From: Planctomycetota bacterium
GTDB taxonomy: Bacteria > Planctomycetota > B15-G4
Direction: 5' to 3'
DNA length: 64,000 nt
Assembly (NCBI GenBank): GCA_029259715.1
Contig: JAJDEP010000014.1
Coordinates: forward strand, 259,551-323,550
Each line of letters begins with the position of its first letter. The first letter of the stretch is position 1. The notes below the pieces were generated by a model. The model was not told the DNA's origin and did not search any database. It saw nothing but the letters and a program-made list of their open reading frames with translations. Positions 20,452 to 31,300 of this stretch are shown in pieces. Position numbers and translations under genes: made by a program.

Positions 20452-22985
20452 GCGACCGCTTCGCGCGGATCGAGGCGCTGTTCCAGGAGGCGCGGCGGCT
20501 GCCGGCGGATCAACGCAGCGCGCTACTGGCCGGTTCCCCGGCCGACCTCCGCGAGGAGGTCGAGTCGCTGCTGCGCGAGCACGACCGCGACACCCAACCG
20601 TTCCTCGAGACCCCCGCCCTGGGCAAGGACTTCAAGGTGGCGCCGGTGCCCGCCGAGACCATGGTGGTGCCCGAGCGCATCGGTCCCTATCGCATCCTCG
20701 AGCGGATCGGCGAGGGCGGCATGGGCGCCGTGTACCTGGCCGAGCAGGACCAGCCGCGGCGGGTCGTCGCGCTCAAGATCATCCGACCGGGCTGGGCCAC
20801 GCCGGCCATGCGCCGACGCTTCCAGCACGAAGCCGAGGTCCTCGGTCGGTTGCGGCATCCGGGCATCGCACAGATCTACGACGCCGGGCTCGACGAGCAG
20901 GAACACGGCGACTTCCCCCACATCGCCATGGAGTACGTCGACGGGCGACCCTTGCACGAGTACATCGCCAAGGAGCACCCCGACCTCGCCGAGCGGCTCG
21001 ACCTGTTCGCCCAGGTCTGTGACGCCGTCGAACACGCCCACGCCAAGGGTGTGATCCACCGCGACCTCAAGCCGGGGAACATCCTCGTGGAGGATGTCGA
21101 CGGCAAGCCGCGCCCGCGGGTGCTCGACTTCGGCATCGCGCGCATCACCGACGCCGATGTGGCTCTCACCACCATGCGCACGAGCCTCGGTCAGCTCGTC
21201 GGCACGCTGCAATACATGAGTCCCGAGCAGGCCGCCGGTGACTCGACCCAGCTCGACCACCGCAGCGACGTCTACTCGCTGGGCGTGATCCTGTTCGAGA
21301 TGCTCACGGGGCGGCTGCCCTACGACCTCGGCAAGGGCATGGTCCATCAGGCGGTGAGCGTGATCCAACACGAGGAACCCACCGCGCTGGCCGCCATCGA
21401 CACGAGCCTGCGGGGCGACCTCGACACCATCGTGGGCAAGGCCCTGGAGAAGGACCGGCAGCGGCGCTACCCGTCGGCGGGCGCCCTGGCGGCCGACATC
21501 CGCCGCTTCCTCGCCCACGAGCCGATCCTGGCCCGGGCGCCCAGCACGCTCTACCAACTCGGCAAATTCGCGCGACGCAACCGCATCCTGGTGGCCGGCG
21601 TGTCGGCCGTGATCGTGGCCTTGTCCGTGGGCCTGGCCAGCACCCTCTGGCAATGGCGCGAGACCGAGGCCCAGCGCGCACTGGCCGAGGGTCGATTCGA
21701 GGACCTGGACGAGCTCGCACGCTTCTTCATCGCCGAGTTCGACTCGACGCTCATGCACGTGCCCGGCACGCTGGAGGCTCGGCGACTGATCGTCTCGCGC
21801 GGCCTCGACTACCTCGACCGGCTCGCGCAGGAATCGGAGCTCGACCCCGAACGGCAGCAGACGATCATCTCGGGCTACTCGCGCATCGGTGACATCCAGG
21901 GCGCCCCGCAGCAACCCAACATCGGCGACGTCGGCGGCGCCCTCGCCAGCTACCGCAAGGCCCTCGCCCTCAATCAAGGCCTGCTGAACGACGAGCGGGG
22001 GTGGCACACGCCCCACCTGTCTCAGGCCAGCCTGCTCGCGCGCATGGGCGACGTGTTCTCCTACCAGCAGGCCTACGAAAAGGCGCTCGAGCACTATCAG
22101 CAGGCCCTCGTGTATTGGAACGAGTACCACGACCGGGCGGCGACGTCTCCGCGTCCCCCCAATCCCTATCGCGATCGCATCGCCGAGCGGCTGCTGACCC
22201 TCGGACGGCAGGCCCAGGCCGACGACGAGTTCCGCATCGCCCACGAGGAGGCGGTGCACTGGGCCGCGCTGCACCCGGGGGAGTGGAAGATCGAGCGCCA
22301 TGTGCTCGTGGCACTGATGAAGGTCGCCATGCAGGAGGAGCGCGGTCAACGCCTCGAGGAGAGCCTCACGCACTACGCCGAGTACCTCGAACTCGGCCAC
22401 CGGTTGTTGGCGGACGAGCCCCACAACGCGATCCTGCTGCGCGACCTCGCCACCGGCTACAACCGCCGGCGCGACGTGCAGGTGGCGCTCGGGCGCACCG
22501 CCGAGGCCCTCCGCGACAACACCCAGGCGGAGCACTACTACTCCCAGCTCGTCGAGGCCGACCCCACCAGCGCGCAGGCCCTCATGGACTGGGCCCTGGC
22601 CGTCAACGCCGCCGGCGAGATGGCCCTCGCGGCCGGCGACCTGCCCGAGGCCCGCTCGAGGTTCGAGCAGTTCTGCGACATCTCGGCGCAGCTGGTCGCG
22701 CGCGACCCCGATCACTCGGGCTACCTACGCCGTCGCGGCGTGGCCCTGTTCAAGATGGGCGAGTACCACAAGGCGCGGGAGGAGTGGGCCCTCGCCCGGG
22801 ACTGGTTCCACCAGAGTTACAAGCACTTCCGCAACATGGAGTCCCGCGGCCTCATCTGGCAGAGCGACCTCGACGCCGGCGTCATCGAGGAGATCGCGGG
22901 AGAGATCACCGCGTGCATAGGCGCGGATCTGCAGCAGGCCGAGGCCGAGCTGAAGCAGGCGCCCCTCGCGCCCGAGGGGCCGTAG
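20448..22985 (+). CDS. Membrane Ser/Thr kinase with extracytoplasmic TPR repeats, coupled to the ECF
   Basis: ATGA overlap with ECF stop; IGEGGMGAV, VALK, HRDLKPGN, DFG, YMSPE; TM; TPR-like helices. Confidence 0.92.
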   Translation: MSDRFARIEALFQEARRLPADQRSALLAGSPADLREEVESLLREHDRDTQPFLETPALGKDFKVAPVPAETMVVPERIGPYRILERIGEGGMGAVYLAEQDQPRRVVALKIIRPGWATPAMRRRFQHEAEVLGRLRHPGIAQIYDAGLDEQEHGDFPHIAMEYVDGRPLHEYIAKEHPDLAERLDLFAQVCDAVEHAHAKGVIHRDLKPGNILVEDVDGKPRPRVLDFGIARITDADVALTTMRTSLGQLVGTLQYMSPEQAAGDSTQLDHRSDVYSLGVILFEMLTGRLPYDLGKGMVHQAVSVIQHEEPTALAAIDTSLRGDLDTIVGKALEKDRQRRYPSAGALAADIRRFLAHEPILARAPSTLYQLGKFARRNRILVAGVSAVIVALSVGLASTLWQWRETEAQRALAEGRFEDLDELARFFIAEFDSTLMHVPGTLEARRLIVSRGLDYLDRLAQESELDPERQQTIISGYSRIGDIQGAPQQPNIGDVGGALASYRKALALNQGLLNDERGWHTPHLSQASLLARMGDVFSYQQAYEKALEHYQQALVYWNEYHDRAATSPRPPNPYRDRIAERLLTLGRQAQADDEFRIAHEEAVHWAALHPGEWKIERHVLVALMKVAMQEERGQRLEESLTHYAEYLELGHRLLADEPHNAILLRDLATGYNRRRDVQVALGRTAEALRDNTQAEHYYSQLVEADPTSAQALMDWALAVNAAGEMALAAGDLPEARSRFEQFCDISAQLVARDPDHSGYLRRRGVALFKMGEYHKAREEWALARDWFHQSYKHFRNMESRGLIWQSDLDAGVIEEIAGEITACIGADLQQAEAELKQAPLAPEGP

Positions 22986-23050
22986 CTCTCGGCCGCAGCG
23001 TCACCCCGGCCCCCGGCCCCCGGGCGCCGGGCGCCCATGCCCCGCCCCGC

Positions 23051-24727
23051 CTAGTGCCGGAAGTGCCGCGCCCCGGTGAACACCATGGCCAGCCCATGCT
23101 CGTCCGCGGCCGCCACCGATTCCTTGTCGCGAATGGATCCGCCGGGCTGGATCACGGCCGTCACCCCCACCGCCGCCGCCTCGTCGATGGAGTCGCGGAA
23201 GGGGAAGAACGCATCGGACGCGAGCACCGCGCCCTGGGCCCGGTCGCCGGCCTTGTGCGCCGCCATGAAGGCGCTGTCGACGCGGCTCATCTGCCCCGCG
23301 CCCACGCCCACCACCGCGCCGTCCTTGACCAGCACGATGGCGTTGCTCTTCACGTGCTTGCACACGCGCCAGGCGAACTCGAGGTCGGACGACTCGGCCA
23401 CGCTCGGTTGGCGCTGCGTGGCGACCACCCGCTCCTCGTGGTTGAAGCCGACGTCGCGCGCCTGGACCAGCCAGCCGTCGGTGACGCTGCGGATGTTCGG
23501 GTCGCCCGCCAACGGCACGCCGTCGCGGGGCAGCTCGCCCACCGAGAGCAGGCGCACGTTCTTGCCCCACTTGGCGCCGGTCTTGAGCACCTCGACGGCC
23601 CCGTCCTCGAAGGACGGCGCGATGATCACCTCGAGGAAGCGGTCGGGCTTGGCGATGGATTCGGCGAAGGCCACGGTGAGCGGCCGGTTGAGCGCCACGA
23701 TGCCGCCGAAGGCCGACTGGGGGTCGCCGCTCCACGCCCGCTCGAAGGCCTCCTCGAGGGTCGCGCCCACGCCGCAACCACAGGGGTTGGTGTGCTTGAT
23801 CACCGCCGCGGCGGGACCGTCGAACTCCTTGACCAGCTCGAGGGCCGCGTCGGAGTCGAGGATGTTGTTGTACGACAGCGCCTTGCCGCCGAGCTGCTCG
23901 GCCGTGGCGATGGAGGGCCCGCTCGCGCCGGCCTTGCGGATGAAGGCCGCCGGCTGATTGGGGTTCTCGCCGTAACGCAGGGCCTGGGAGGCGCCGGCGC
24001 CCGTGAGCAGGCCGGTCCAGTCGGGCGCTCCGTCGGCGTCGGCGCCCGCAGCGTTCGCAGCCCCTGCGGCATTCCCGGCGCCCGCGGCATTCGCGGTGAA
24101 CCACTGGCCGATGGCGGCGTCGTACGCGGCCGTGCGCAGGAAGGCCTTGGTGGCCAGGGCGCGCCGCGCGGTCAGGCCCGCGTCGTCGGCGCCGCCGCCG
24201 TCGGCGCCGCCGTCAGCATCGCGGTCGGCGTCAAGCCCCGCGAGCACGTCGCCGTAGTCGGCCGGGTCGACGACCACCCACACCGAAGCGTGGTTCTTCG
24301 AGGCCGAGCGGATCATGCTCGGCCCGCCGATGTCGATGTTCTCGATGGCCTGCTCGGGCGTCACCCCGGGCTTGGAGACGGTGGCCTCGAAGGCGTAGAG
24401 GTTGCAGGCGACGACGTCGATGGCGCCGATGTCGTGCGCCTCCATGGCGGCCACGTGGCCCGGCTCGCTGCGCAGGGCGAGCAGTCCGCCGTGCACCCGC
24501 GGGTGCAACGTCTTGAGCCGGCCGTCCATCATCTCGGGGAAGCCCGTGACGTCGGCGATGTCCACCACCTCGACGCCCCCTTCCCGCAGCGCCTTCGCGG
24601 TACCGCCGGTGGAGATGATCTGGAAGTCGCGTTCGGCCAGCCCGCGGCCGAACTCCACGATGCCGGTCTTGTCCGTGACGGACAGCAAAGCCCTTCTCAC
24701 TGGTGTCGCTCCTGTGTTGTCACTCAC
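23051..24727 (-). CDS. purH: Bifunctional AICAR transformylase/IMP cyclohydrolase
   Basis: RRALLSVTDK, STGGTA, GRLKTLHP, IDIGGPSMIRSASKN, LRYGENP, KHTNPCG, KSNAIV, SDAFFPF, FTGARHFRH. Confidence 0.97.
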   Translation of the reverse strand: MSDNTGATPVRRALLSVTDKTGIVEFGRGLAERDFQIISTGGTAKALREGGVEVVDIADVTGFPEMMDGRLKTLHPRVHGGLLALRSEPGHVAAMEAHDIGAIDVVACNLYAFEATVSKPGVTPEQAIENIDIGGPSMIRSASKNHASVWVVVDPADYGDVLAGLDADRDADGGADGGGADDAGLTARRALATKAFLRTAAYDAAIGQWFTANAAGAGNAAGAANAAGADADGAPDWTGLLTGAGASQALRYGENPNQPAAFIRKAGASGPSIATAEQLGGKALSYNNILDSDAALELVKEFDGPAAAVIKHTNPCGCGVGATLEEAFERAWSGDPQSAFGGIVALNRPLTVAFAESIAKPDRFLEVIIAPSFEDGAVEVLKTGAKWGKNVRLLSVGELPRDGVPLAGDPNIRSVTDGWLVQARDVGFNHEERVVATQRQPSVAESSDLEFAWRVCKHVKSNAIVLVKDGAVVGVGAGQMSRVDSAFMAAHKAGDRAQGAVLASDAFFPFRDSIDEAAAVGVTAVIQPGGSIRDKESVAAADEHGLAMVFTGARHFRH

Positions 24728-24755
24728 GTGTCGTCGCTCCCACCGCGGGCGGCAC

Positions 24756-25851
24756 TCACCGCTTGCGGCTCCTCAGGTAGGTCTCGATGAAGGGCTGGAT
24801 GCCGCCGTCGAGCACCGATTGGGTGTTGCCGATCTCGTGGTCGGTGCGGTGGTCCTTCACCATCTGGTAGGGGTGCAGGACGTAGCTGCGGATCTGGTGT
24901 CCGAAGCCGATGTCGCCCTTCACGCCCTGGATGTCGGCGAGCTCGGCGGCCCGCTCGGACTCGGCCCGGGTGGCGAGCTTGGCGCCGAGCATCTTCATGG
25001 CCGTGTTGCGGTTCTTGTGCTGGCTGCGCTCGCTCTGGCACGCCACCACGATGCCCGTGGGGATGTGCGTCAGGCGCACGGCGGAGTCGGTCTTGTTGAC
25101 GTGCTGGCCGCCCGCGCCCCCCGCGCGGAAGGTGTCGACGCGCAGGTCGTCGCTCTTGATCTCCGGCGCCTCGGCGTCGTCGAGCTCGGGCATGATCTCC
25201 ACCGCGGCGAAGCTCGTCTGGCGCCGGCTGGCCGCGTCGAAGGGCGAGATGCGCACCAGACGATGCACGCCGTTCTCGGCGCGCAGGTAGCCGTAGGCCC
25301 AGTCGCCCTTCACGAGCATGGTGGCCCACTTCACGCCGGCCTCGTCGCCCTCGAGCTTGTCCACCAGCTCGTACTCGTAGCCCTGCTCCTCGCACCAGCG
25401 CCCGTACATGCGCATGAGCATGGCGGCCCAGTCGCACGACTCCGTGCCGCCGGCGCCGGCCTGCACCGAGAGGTAGGCGTTGCGCACGTCGTACTGACCG
25501 TCGAGCATGACGCGGAACTCGAGCCGCTCCATGTCGGCGTTGACGGCCTCCGACATCTGCTCGGTCTCGGCCACGACGGCTTCGTCCTCGGTCGCCAGCT
25601 CGACCATCACTTCGAGGTCGTCGAGCTGGGCGTCCATCGCCAGCAACGGATCGAGGCTCGCCTTCACCCGCTTGAGTTCGCCGACGACGACCTGGGCCGA
25701 CTCCTGGTCATTCCAGAAACCGTCGGCGGCCATCTTGTCTTCGAGTTCGGTCCGGCGTCCGCTCAGGCGATCCGAGTCAAAGAGAGTCCTTGATCTGGTT
25801 GAGGCGACGGCGGATGTCGGTGGCGCGGGCCTTTACGTCGTCGAGGGCCAT
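24756..25851 (-). CDS. prfB: Peptide chain release factor 2 (programmed +1 frameshift)
   Basis: ATG 25851 MALDDVK...QIKDSL-TGA; +1 frame continues DSDRLS...MAADGFWN; SPF and GGQ motifs. Confidence 0.96.
25776..25791 (-). promoter_or_regulatory. prfB +1 frameshift site (CTT TGA C) with upstream SD-like AAGGA
   Basis: Minus strand reads AAGGACTCTCTTTGAC. Confidence 0.92.
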
Positions 25852-26157
25852 GATTCGTTCCGGACTCTGGGGTGGCGAAAACGGCAGAGTCTAGCGAATC
25901 ACCGGGAGCCGATCAGCGGGCGGGCGCCGATCACTGGGCGGGCCCTGCCCCGGGGTCCGGATGGTCTCTGAGTGCGGTCGGGCCGAGAACTGAGGCTGGT
26001 GCATCCTGGTGTCGAATCAACGAGGGACGACCCGACCGCGTGTCAGGAGAGACGTGTGCCGGCCCCTCGAGCCGATCACAACCCACCCTTCGTCGACACC
26101 CGCCGGTGTCTTGAGCGCTCGGGATCACGCTGGGCGTGAGCGAGCCCGTTGGCTGGG

Positions 26158-26232
26158 CCCCGTCGAGGGGGCCCCGTCGAGGGGGCCCCGTCGAGGGGGT
26201 CCCGTCGAGGGGGTCCCGTCGAGGGGGTCCCG
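26158..26232. repeat. 14-bp tandem repeat (C/T)CCCGTCGAGGGGG x5.4
   Basis: Units start at 26158, 26172, 26186, 26200, 26214, with a partial unit at 26228. Confidence 0.92.
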
Positions 26233-26247
26233 ATGAGTCGGGCCCGC

Positions 26248-26793
26248 TCAGTCGGCGGAAGCGTGGGCCGCCTCGATGGCCGCGATGATGTCCGCTTCAA
26301 GGGCGAGGGCGCCCTGACCCGTCTCGCCGCACGCCAGGGTCTTCTCCACCGGCTCAACGATGTGGAAGCGTTCCCACCCGGCGAGGGTGTCGAGGTTCGC
26401 GCGCACGGCGGGGTTCTCCCACATGGCGGTGTTCATGGCCGGCGCGAGCACCACCGGCACCGACGCACGGCTGGCCAGCACCACCGTGCTGAGCAGGTCG
26501 TCGGCCAGGCCATGGGCGAAACGGCCGAGCGTGTTGGCCGTGGCCGGCGCCACGGCGATGACGTCGGGCCAACGGGCGAGCTGGATGTGCTCGATGCTCG
26601 CGTCGGCCGTCTCCCAGAGGGAGGTGGCCACCGGGCGGCCCGAGAGCACCTCGAACGTCATCGGCGTCACGAAGCGCTGCGCTGCGTCGGTCATGACCAC
26701 CTGCACCTCGTGGCCGTGATCCGTCAAGCGACGCAGCACCTCGCAGGACTTGTAGGCCGCGATACCGCCGGTGATGCCGAGGAGCACCTTCAC
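26248..26793 (-). CDS. coaC: Phosphopantothenoylcysteine decarboxylase (stand-alone flavoprotein)
   Basis: LLGITGGIAAYK, HIQLA, APATAN, APAMNTAMW, LACGETGQG; GTG overlaps coaB stop. Confidence 0.9.
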   Translation of the reverse strand: MKVLLGITGGIAAYKSCEVLRRLTDHGHEVQVVMTDAAQRFVTPMTFEVLSGRPVATSLWETADASIEHIQLARWPDVIAVAPATANTLGRFAHGLADDLLSTVVLASRASVPVVLAPAMNTAMWENPAVRANLDTLAGWERFHIVEPVEKTLACGETGQGALALEADIIAAIEAAHASAD

Positions 26794-27434
26794 GAGGTGG
26801 TCAGCTCCGACTGCGAGCGCTCGCCGATCCATGTCATCAGCGCAGACGCGAGCGAGGCCTTGCCGCGGACACGGGCCTCGACGCCGCGGGGGCCCACCAG
26901 CACGGCCGCATGATCGTCGTCGCCGATGGCCGCGGCATCGTTCGCAACCACCAGGTCGAGGTGTGCCCGTTGCCGCAGCGACTCGGCGGCCTCGACGAGT
27001 CGGCCTTCATCGACATCCGAGAGCAGCTTGAATCCCACCAGCAACGCCTCGGGGGCCAGCGCGCGCAGCCCGTCGATGAGCTTGGGAGCCCGCCGCAGTC
27101 GGATCACCAGCTCCTCGGCATCGGAGCTCAGCTTGCCCGACGACCGTTCGGGGATGTAGTCGGACACCGCCGCCGCATGGATGACCACATCGGCCTCCGG
27201 CACCCACTGCCGCAGCAGGTCACACAGCTCCGCCGACGTGTCGAACCAGTGCGTCTCCACGGTCGCGTCGGGACGAGCCCTCGCTCCCCGCGCCATCAGC
27301 AAGACCACGTCGAATCCAGCCTGCACGGCGGCATCAGCCACGCGGGCGCCGAGGCGTCCGGTACTGGTGTTCGCCACGACCCGCACGTCATCGATGGGTT
27401 CGCGGGTGCCGCCCGCGGTCAAGACGATGCGCAT
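26790..27434 (-). CDS. coaB: Phosphopantothenate--cysteine ligase (stand-alone)
   Basis: LTAGGTREPIDDVR, NTSTGRLG, HAAAVSDY, LVGFKL, LVVAND. Confidence 0.88.
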   Translation of the reverse strand: MRIVLTAGGTREPIDDVRVVANTSTGRLGARVADAAVQAGFDVVLLMARGARARPDATVETHWFDTSAELCDLLRQWVPEADVVIHAAAVSDYIPERSSGKLSSDAEELVIRLRRAPKLIDGLRALAPEALLVGFKLLSDVDEGRLVEAAESLRQRAHLDLVVANDAAAIGDDDHAAVLVGPRGVEARVRGKASLASALMTWIGERSQSELTTS

Positions 27435-27439
27435 GGGCG

Positions 27440-28180
27440 CTACTTGGCGTTCGCCCCGCCGTGGACCGGCGCATACACCGCACCCGACGAGAGCACCAGC
27501 AGGTCGTCCACCACGAAATCACCGAGGACTTCAGAGGGCGGCAAGACCAGGTCGACCGATCCGACGGACAGTTCGACCCAGCCGATCACGATGCTCGAGA
27601 GCGACGCAGAGGTCCCGTCGTCGCCGTTGATGGAGACCGACGCGGACGTCGGGCCGATGATGGGATCGTTGAGCACCACGGCGATGTCGTAGCCGACCTT
27701 CGGGACGTACGGCATGACGATGTTGCCCGCCACCACGATGTCACCGCTGGGCGTGAACTCGACGTCGATGAGCGGCGTGTCGCCCTCGTCGGAGACGCGC
27801 ATGTAGAAGTGACCCACGGACCGTCGCGGCTCGATGAAGATCGAAGCCGAGATGCGCGTGCTCTGGGCTTCAGTGGTGTCGACCAGGCCCCGCAGCACGG
27901 CGAGGGAGCCCGTGTTGGTGGCGATGAGCCGTCCGCCTCCCTGGGGATCGACCTCGACGACGAACGCGTCGTTGGCCGACAGGTCGTCGAATTCGCCGAC
28001 CTGGGCCATGGGCGTAGCCCCGAGCGTTCCGCCGTCGCCGTCGGCGTCGAAGTTGGCCAGGAACAGCACGGTCGGACGCAACATCAGTCCCGTCACCGGA
28101 ATCGTGGCGGCCAGCAACAGCGCGCACAGCACCGGGAACCCGCGTCGTGAACGGATGGTTCGGGACATCGAAGTCTTCAC
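27440..28180 (-). CDS. Hypothetical exported beta-rich acidic protein
   Basis: Basic N-terminus plus hydrophobic stretch; 5 nt from coaB start; no family recognised. Confidence 0.65.
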   Translation of the reverse strand: MKTSMSRTIRSRRGFPVLCALLLAATIPVTGLMLRPTVLFLANFDADGDGGTLGATPMAQVGEFDDLSANDAFVVEVDPQGGGRLIATNTGSLAVLRGLVDTTEAQSTRISASIFIEPRRSVGHFYMRVSDEGDTPLIDVEFTPSGDIVVAGNIVMPYVPKVGYDIAVVLNDPIIGPTSASVSINGDDGTSASLSSIVIGWVELSVGSVDLVLPPSEVLGDFVVDDLLVLSSGAVYAPVHGGANAK

Positions 28181-28300
28181 GGAGAGAGAGCAGCTGTCGG
28201 GAGCGTTCGTCCGTACGAATCGGGACGCACCCTGCCCACCATGGAGCGGCCCAAGTATACACCCTGCGTCCAGAGCCCGGGGCCAGCGGAACTGCTCAGG

Positions 28301-31300
28301 TCACGATAAACCCAGCCTGGCCAGCATCTTGTAGAAGGTACGGGTTCCCACCCCCAGGCTGCGGGCAGCGGCCGCCTTGTTGCCCTGCGAGCCCTCCAGG
28401 GCCCTCAGGACCTGTTCACGCTCGAAAGCGAGAAGCCGGTCCTTGATGGATCCGTCCCCGCCCTGGGGGCTCTCGTCGCCACCGGGATCGGATCCGGGGG
28501 TTCCGCCACCGACCACCCCGGACCCGCCTCCCGCCGCTCCCCGGTCGATGGGGCCGGCCGGGCTGAGCACACGGGTCACCAACTCGAGCGAGAACGACGA
28601 GCTCTCCCGATCGAACATGAGCAGGTTGCTCACCAGGTTCTGGAGCTCGCGCACGTTGCCCGGCCAGGTGTGGCGCTCGAGCGCCCGCAGGGCTTCGGGG
28701 TCGAGCGTGCGCGGCTCGCCGTCGTGATCGGCGACGAAGTGCTCGATGAGCAACGGGACGTCCTCGACACGATCGCGCAACGGCGGCAGGTGCACCTCGG
28801 CCACGGCGAGCCGATAGAACAGGTCCTCGCGGAAGGTGCCCTCGGGGATCATCTTGCGCAGGTCGCGGTTGGTGGCGCTGAGCACACGCACGTCAACCTG
28901 CCGCTCCTCGCGACCGCCGACGGGCAGGAAGGTGCCCTCCTGCAGGACGCGCAGGAGTCGCTTCTGCACGTCGAGGCTCATGTCCCCCACCTCGTCGAGG
29001 AACAGCGTGCCGCCGTCGGCCTGCTCGAACAGGCCGCGGTGATCGCGGTCGGCGCCCGTGAACGCCCCCCGCACATGCCCGAACAGCTCGCTCTCGATCA
29101 GGTGCTCGGGGATGGCCGCGCAGTTGAGTGAGACGAAATTGGCCAGCTTGCGGGGGCCGTTGAAGTGGATCGCCCGGGCGATGAGCTCCTTGCCCGTGCC
29201 GCTCTCGCCCTGGATCACCACGGGGTACTCGGTGTCGATGATGCGATCCATCAGGTCGAGCACGTCGTGCATCTTCGGGCTGCGCGTGACGATCTGGCTG
29301 TAGTCGTACTTGAGGCTCAGGGCCCGGCGACTCGCGTCGAGGGACTCACGCACCTCCACCAGCTCGGCCTCGCGCTGGTCGAGCCGCGATTGCAGCGCAT
29401 CGTTGAGACGCGCGACCTCGTCCTGGCTCGCCCGCAGCTCGTCGTTGGTGGTGCGCAGGCCTTCCTGCAGGCGCGCGTTCTCGAGCGCGATGGTCGCCTG
29501 CTCGGCCAGGCCGGTGGCCAACTCGAGGTGGCCCTCGTCGAAGCGGGACACCACCTGGGGGTGGTCGAGGTAGATCGACCCGATACCGCGCTCCTTGATG
29601 ATCAGCGGCACGCACAGGATCGAGAGCAGCTTGAGCTCGGAGATGCTGCGGGCGGACGCCAGGCGCGGGTCGTCGATGGCGTTGTCGGTCAGGATGGGCT
29701 GCTTGCTCTGCATGACCTGACGCGAGACCGAGTGGCTGATCTCGAACTCGGGGTTGTCGATGTCGCTCTCGTCGATGTTGCGCGCCACGCGGAATTCCTG
29801 GGCGGACCCCTGGAACAGGATCAGGAAGCCCCGGGCCGCGCCCGTCATCTCGATGGCCGCGTCGACGATCAGGTCGAGCAGCTGCTGGGTGTCGTGCACG
29901 CTGTTGAGCGCCTTGGTGATCTCGGCCAGGCGTTCGAGGTTGCGGACACGTTCGGCGAATCGGGACAGAGCGGTCATGTCTTCTCCCTGGTGCTCCATCT
30001 TCGCTTGTCCAACGGCCAGCGCATCGAGTTTCTCCGACAGCGGGACCAGGTCGAGCAGCTTCACCAACAGCCGCGCGCGGTCGCCGTCCCGCTGCAGGCG
30101 CACGAGCAACCCGCCCACGACGCCGTAGTCGAGGTGGGGCTCCTGCATGGCCGCTTCCAGGCGCGCCAGGTCGACGGTGCCCCGGTCGACGAGCCCCGCC
30201 GCCTCCACGGGGCCGTCCGGGGACTCGCCCAGGATCGTGTGGGCCAGCTCGAAGTCGGCATCCGCCTCCGCCGCCCGGGCCTGCCGTTCACGCCCGACCG
30301 CCCGGGTGAACAGCAGCGCCGCCAGGTGGGGCCCGCGTTCCTCGACGGTCGCATCCACGTCCTCGAGATCGTCGGCGCCACACCGTCCCAGCAGCGCCCG
30401 TGCCACGAGCTGCTCCTCCCGATGGCCGACGGAGCGGGCCTGCTCGAGGGCCGCCTGCGCCGAGGCTCGAGCCGCCTCGCGGTCCCCCTCGTAGAGCTCG
30501 ATGCGCGCCAGCTGCAGGCGCGACTTGATCTCATACTCGGGCACCGTGACCCGGGTGAGCAGCTCGCGCGCGCGCTCGATGTCCGCGCGCGCCTCGGCCG
30601 GTCGCCCCCGGAGCAGGCGCCAGTGGCCGCGCGTCGTGAGGACGATGGCCTGGCCCCGGTCGTCACCGCGCGCGGCGCGGATGGTGAGGCTGCGCTCGAA
30701 GGCCTCTTCCGCCTCGTCGAGACGGCCTTCCGACGCCAGTGCCCGGCCGGTGTTGTTGTGCACCACGGCCTGCAACCACTCGTCGCCGATCCGCTCGGCC
30801 AGGGCCAGCGAGCGCTGGAACTGCCGGCGCGCCGTGTCGACGCGTCCCAACTCGAGCCAGCCGATGCCCAGGCCGTTGAGCGCGTGCGCCAGGCCGAGGG
30901 AATTGCCCGCCATCTCCATGCGTCGGGCGGCCTCTTCCTGGATGGCCAGGCCCCGCCGCCGCTCACCGCGCACGCGCACGATGCGTCCGAGGTTGCTCAT
31001 CATCGGGCCGATGAGCACGTCCTGGCCGAGCTCCTTGGCCATGGAGATGGACGACTCGAGCTGAACCATGGCCTCGTCGTGGTGTCCCAGCTTCTCCTCG
31101 ATCAAGCCCACCCGCGCGCGGATCATCATGGTGCGGCGATGCGGGCGCGCGCCCTGCCGGCGCATGGCTTCGCGCATGTCGCGCAGGGCTTCCTCGGAGC
31201 GGCCCAGGATGTCGAGGGCATCCGCGCGCGTCTCGAGCAACAGGGCGGCGTCCGCGTCCGCCAGGGGATCGGCGTCGACGTCGATGAGCAGGTCGATGGC

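Noticed and set aside
26158-26232. CRISPR array
   Set aside because: 14-bp head-to-tail units with no spacers and no cas genes
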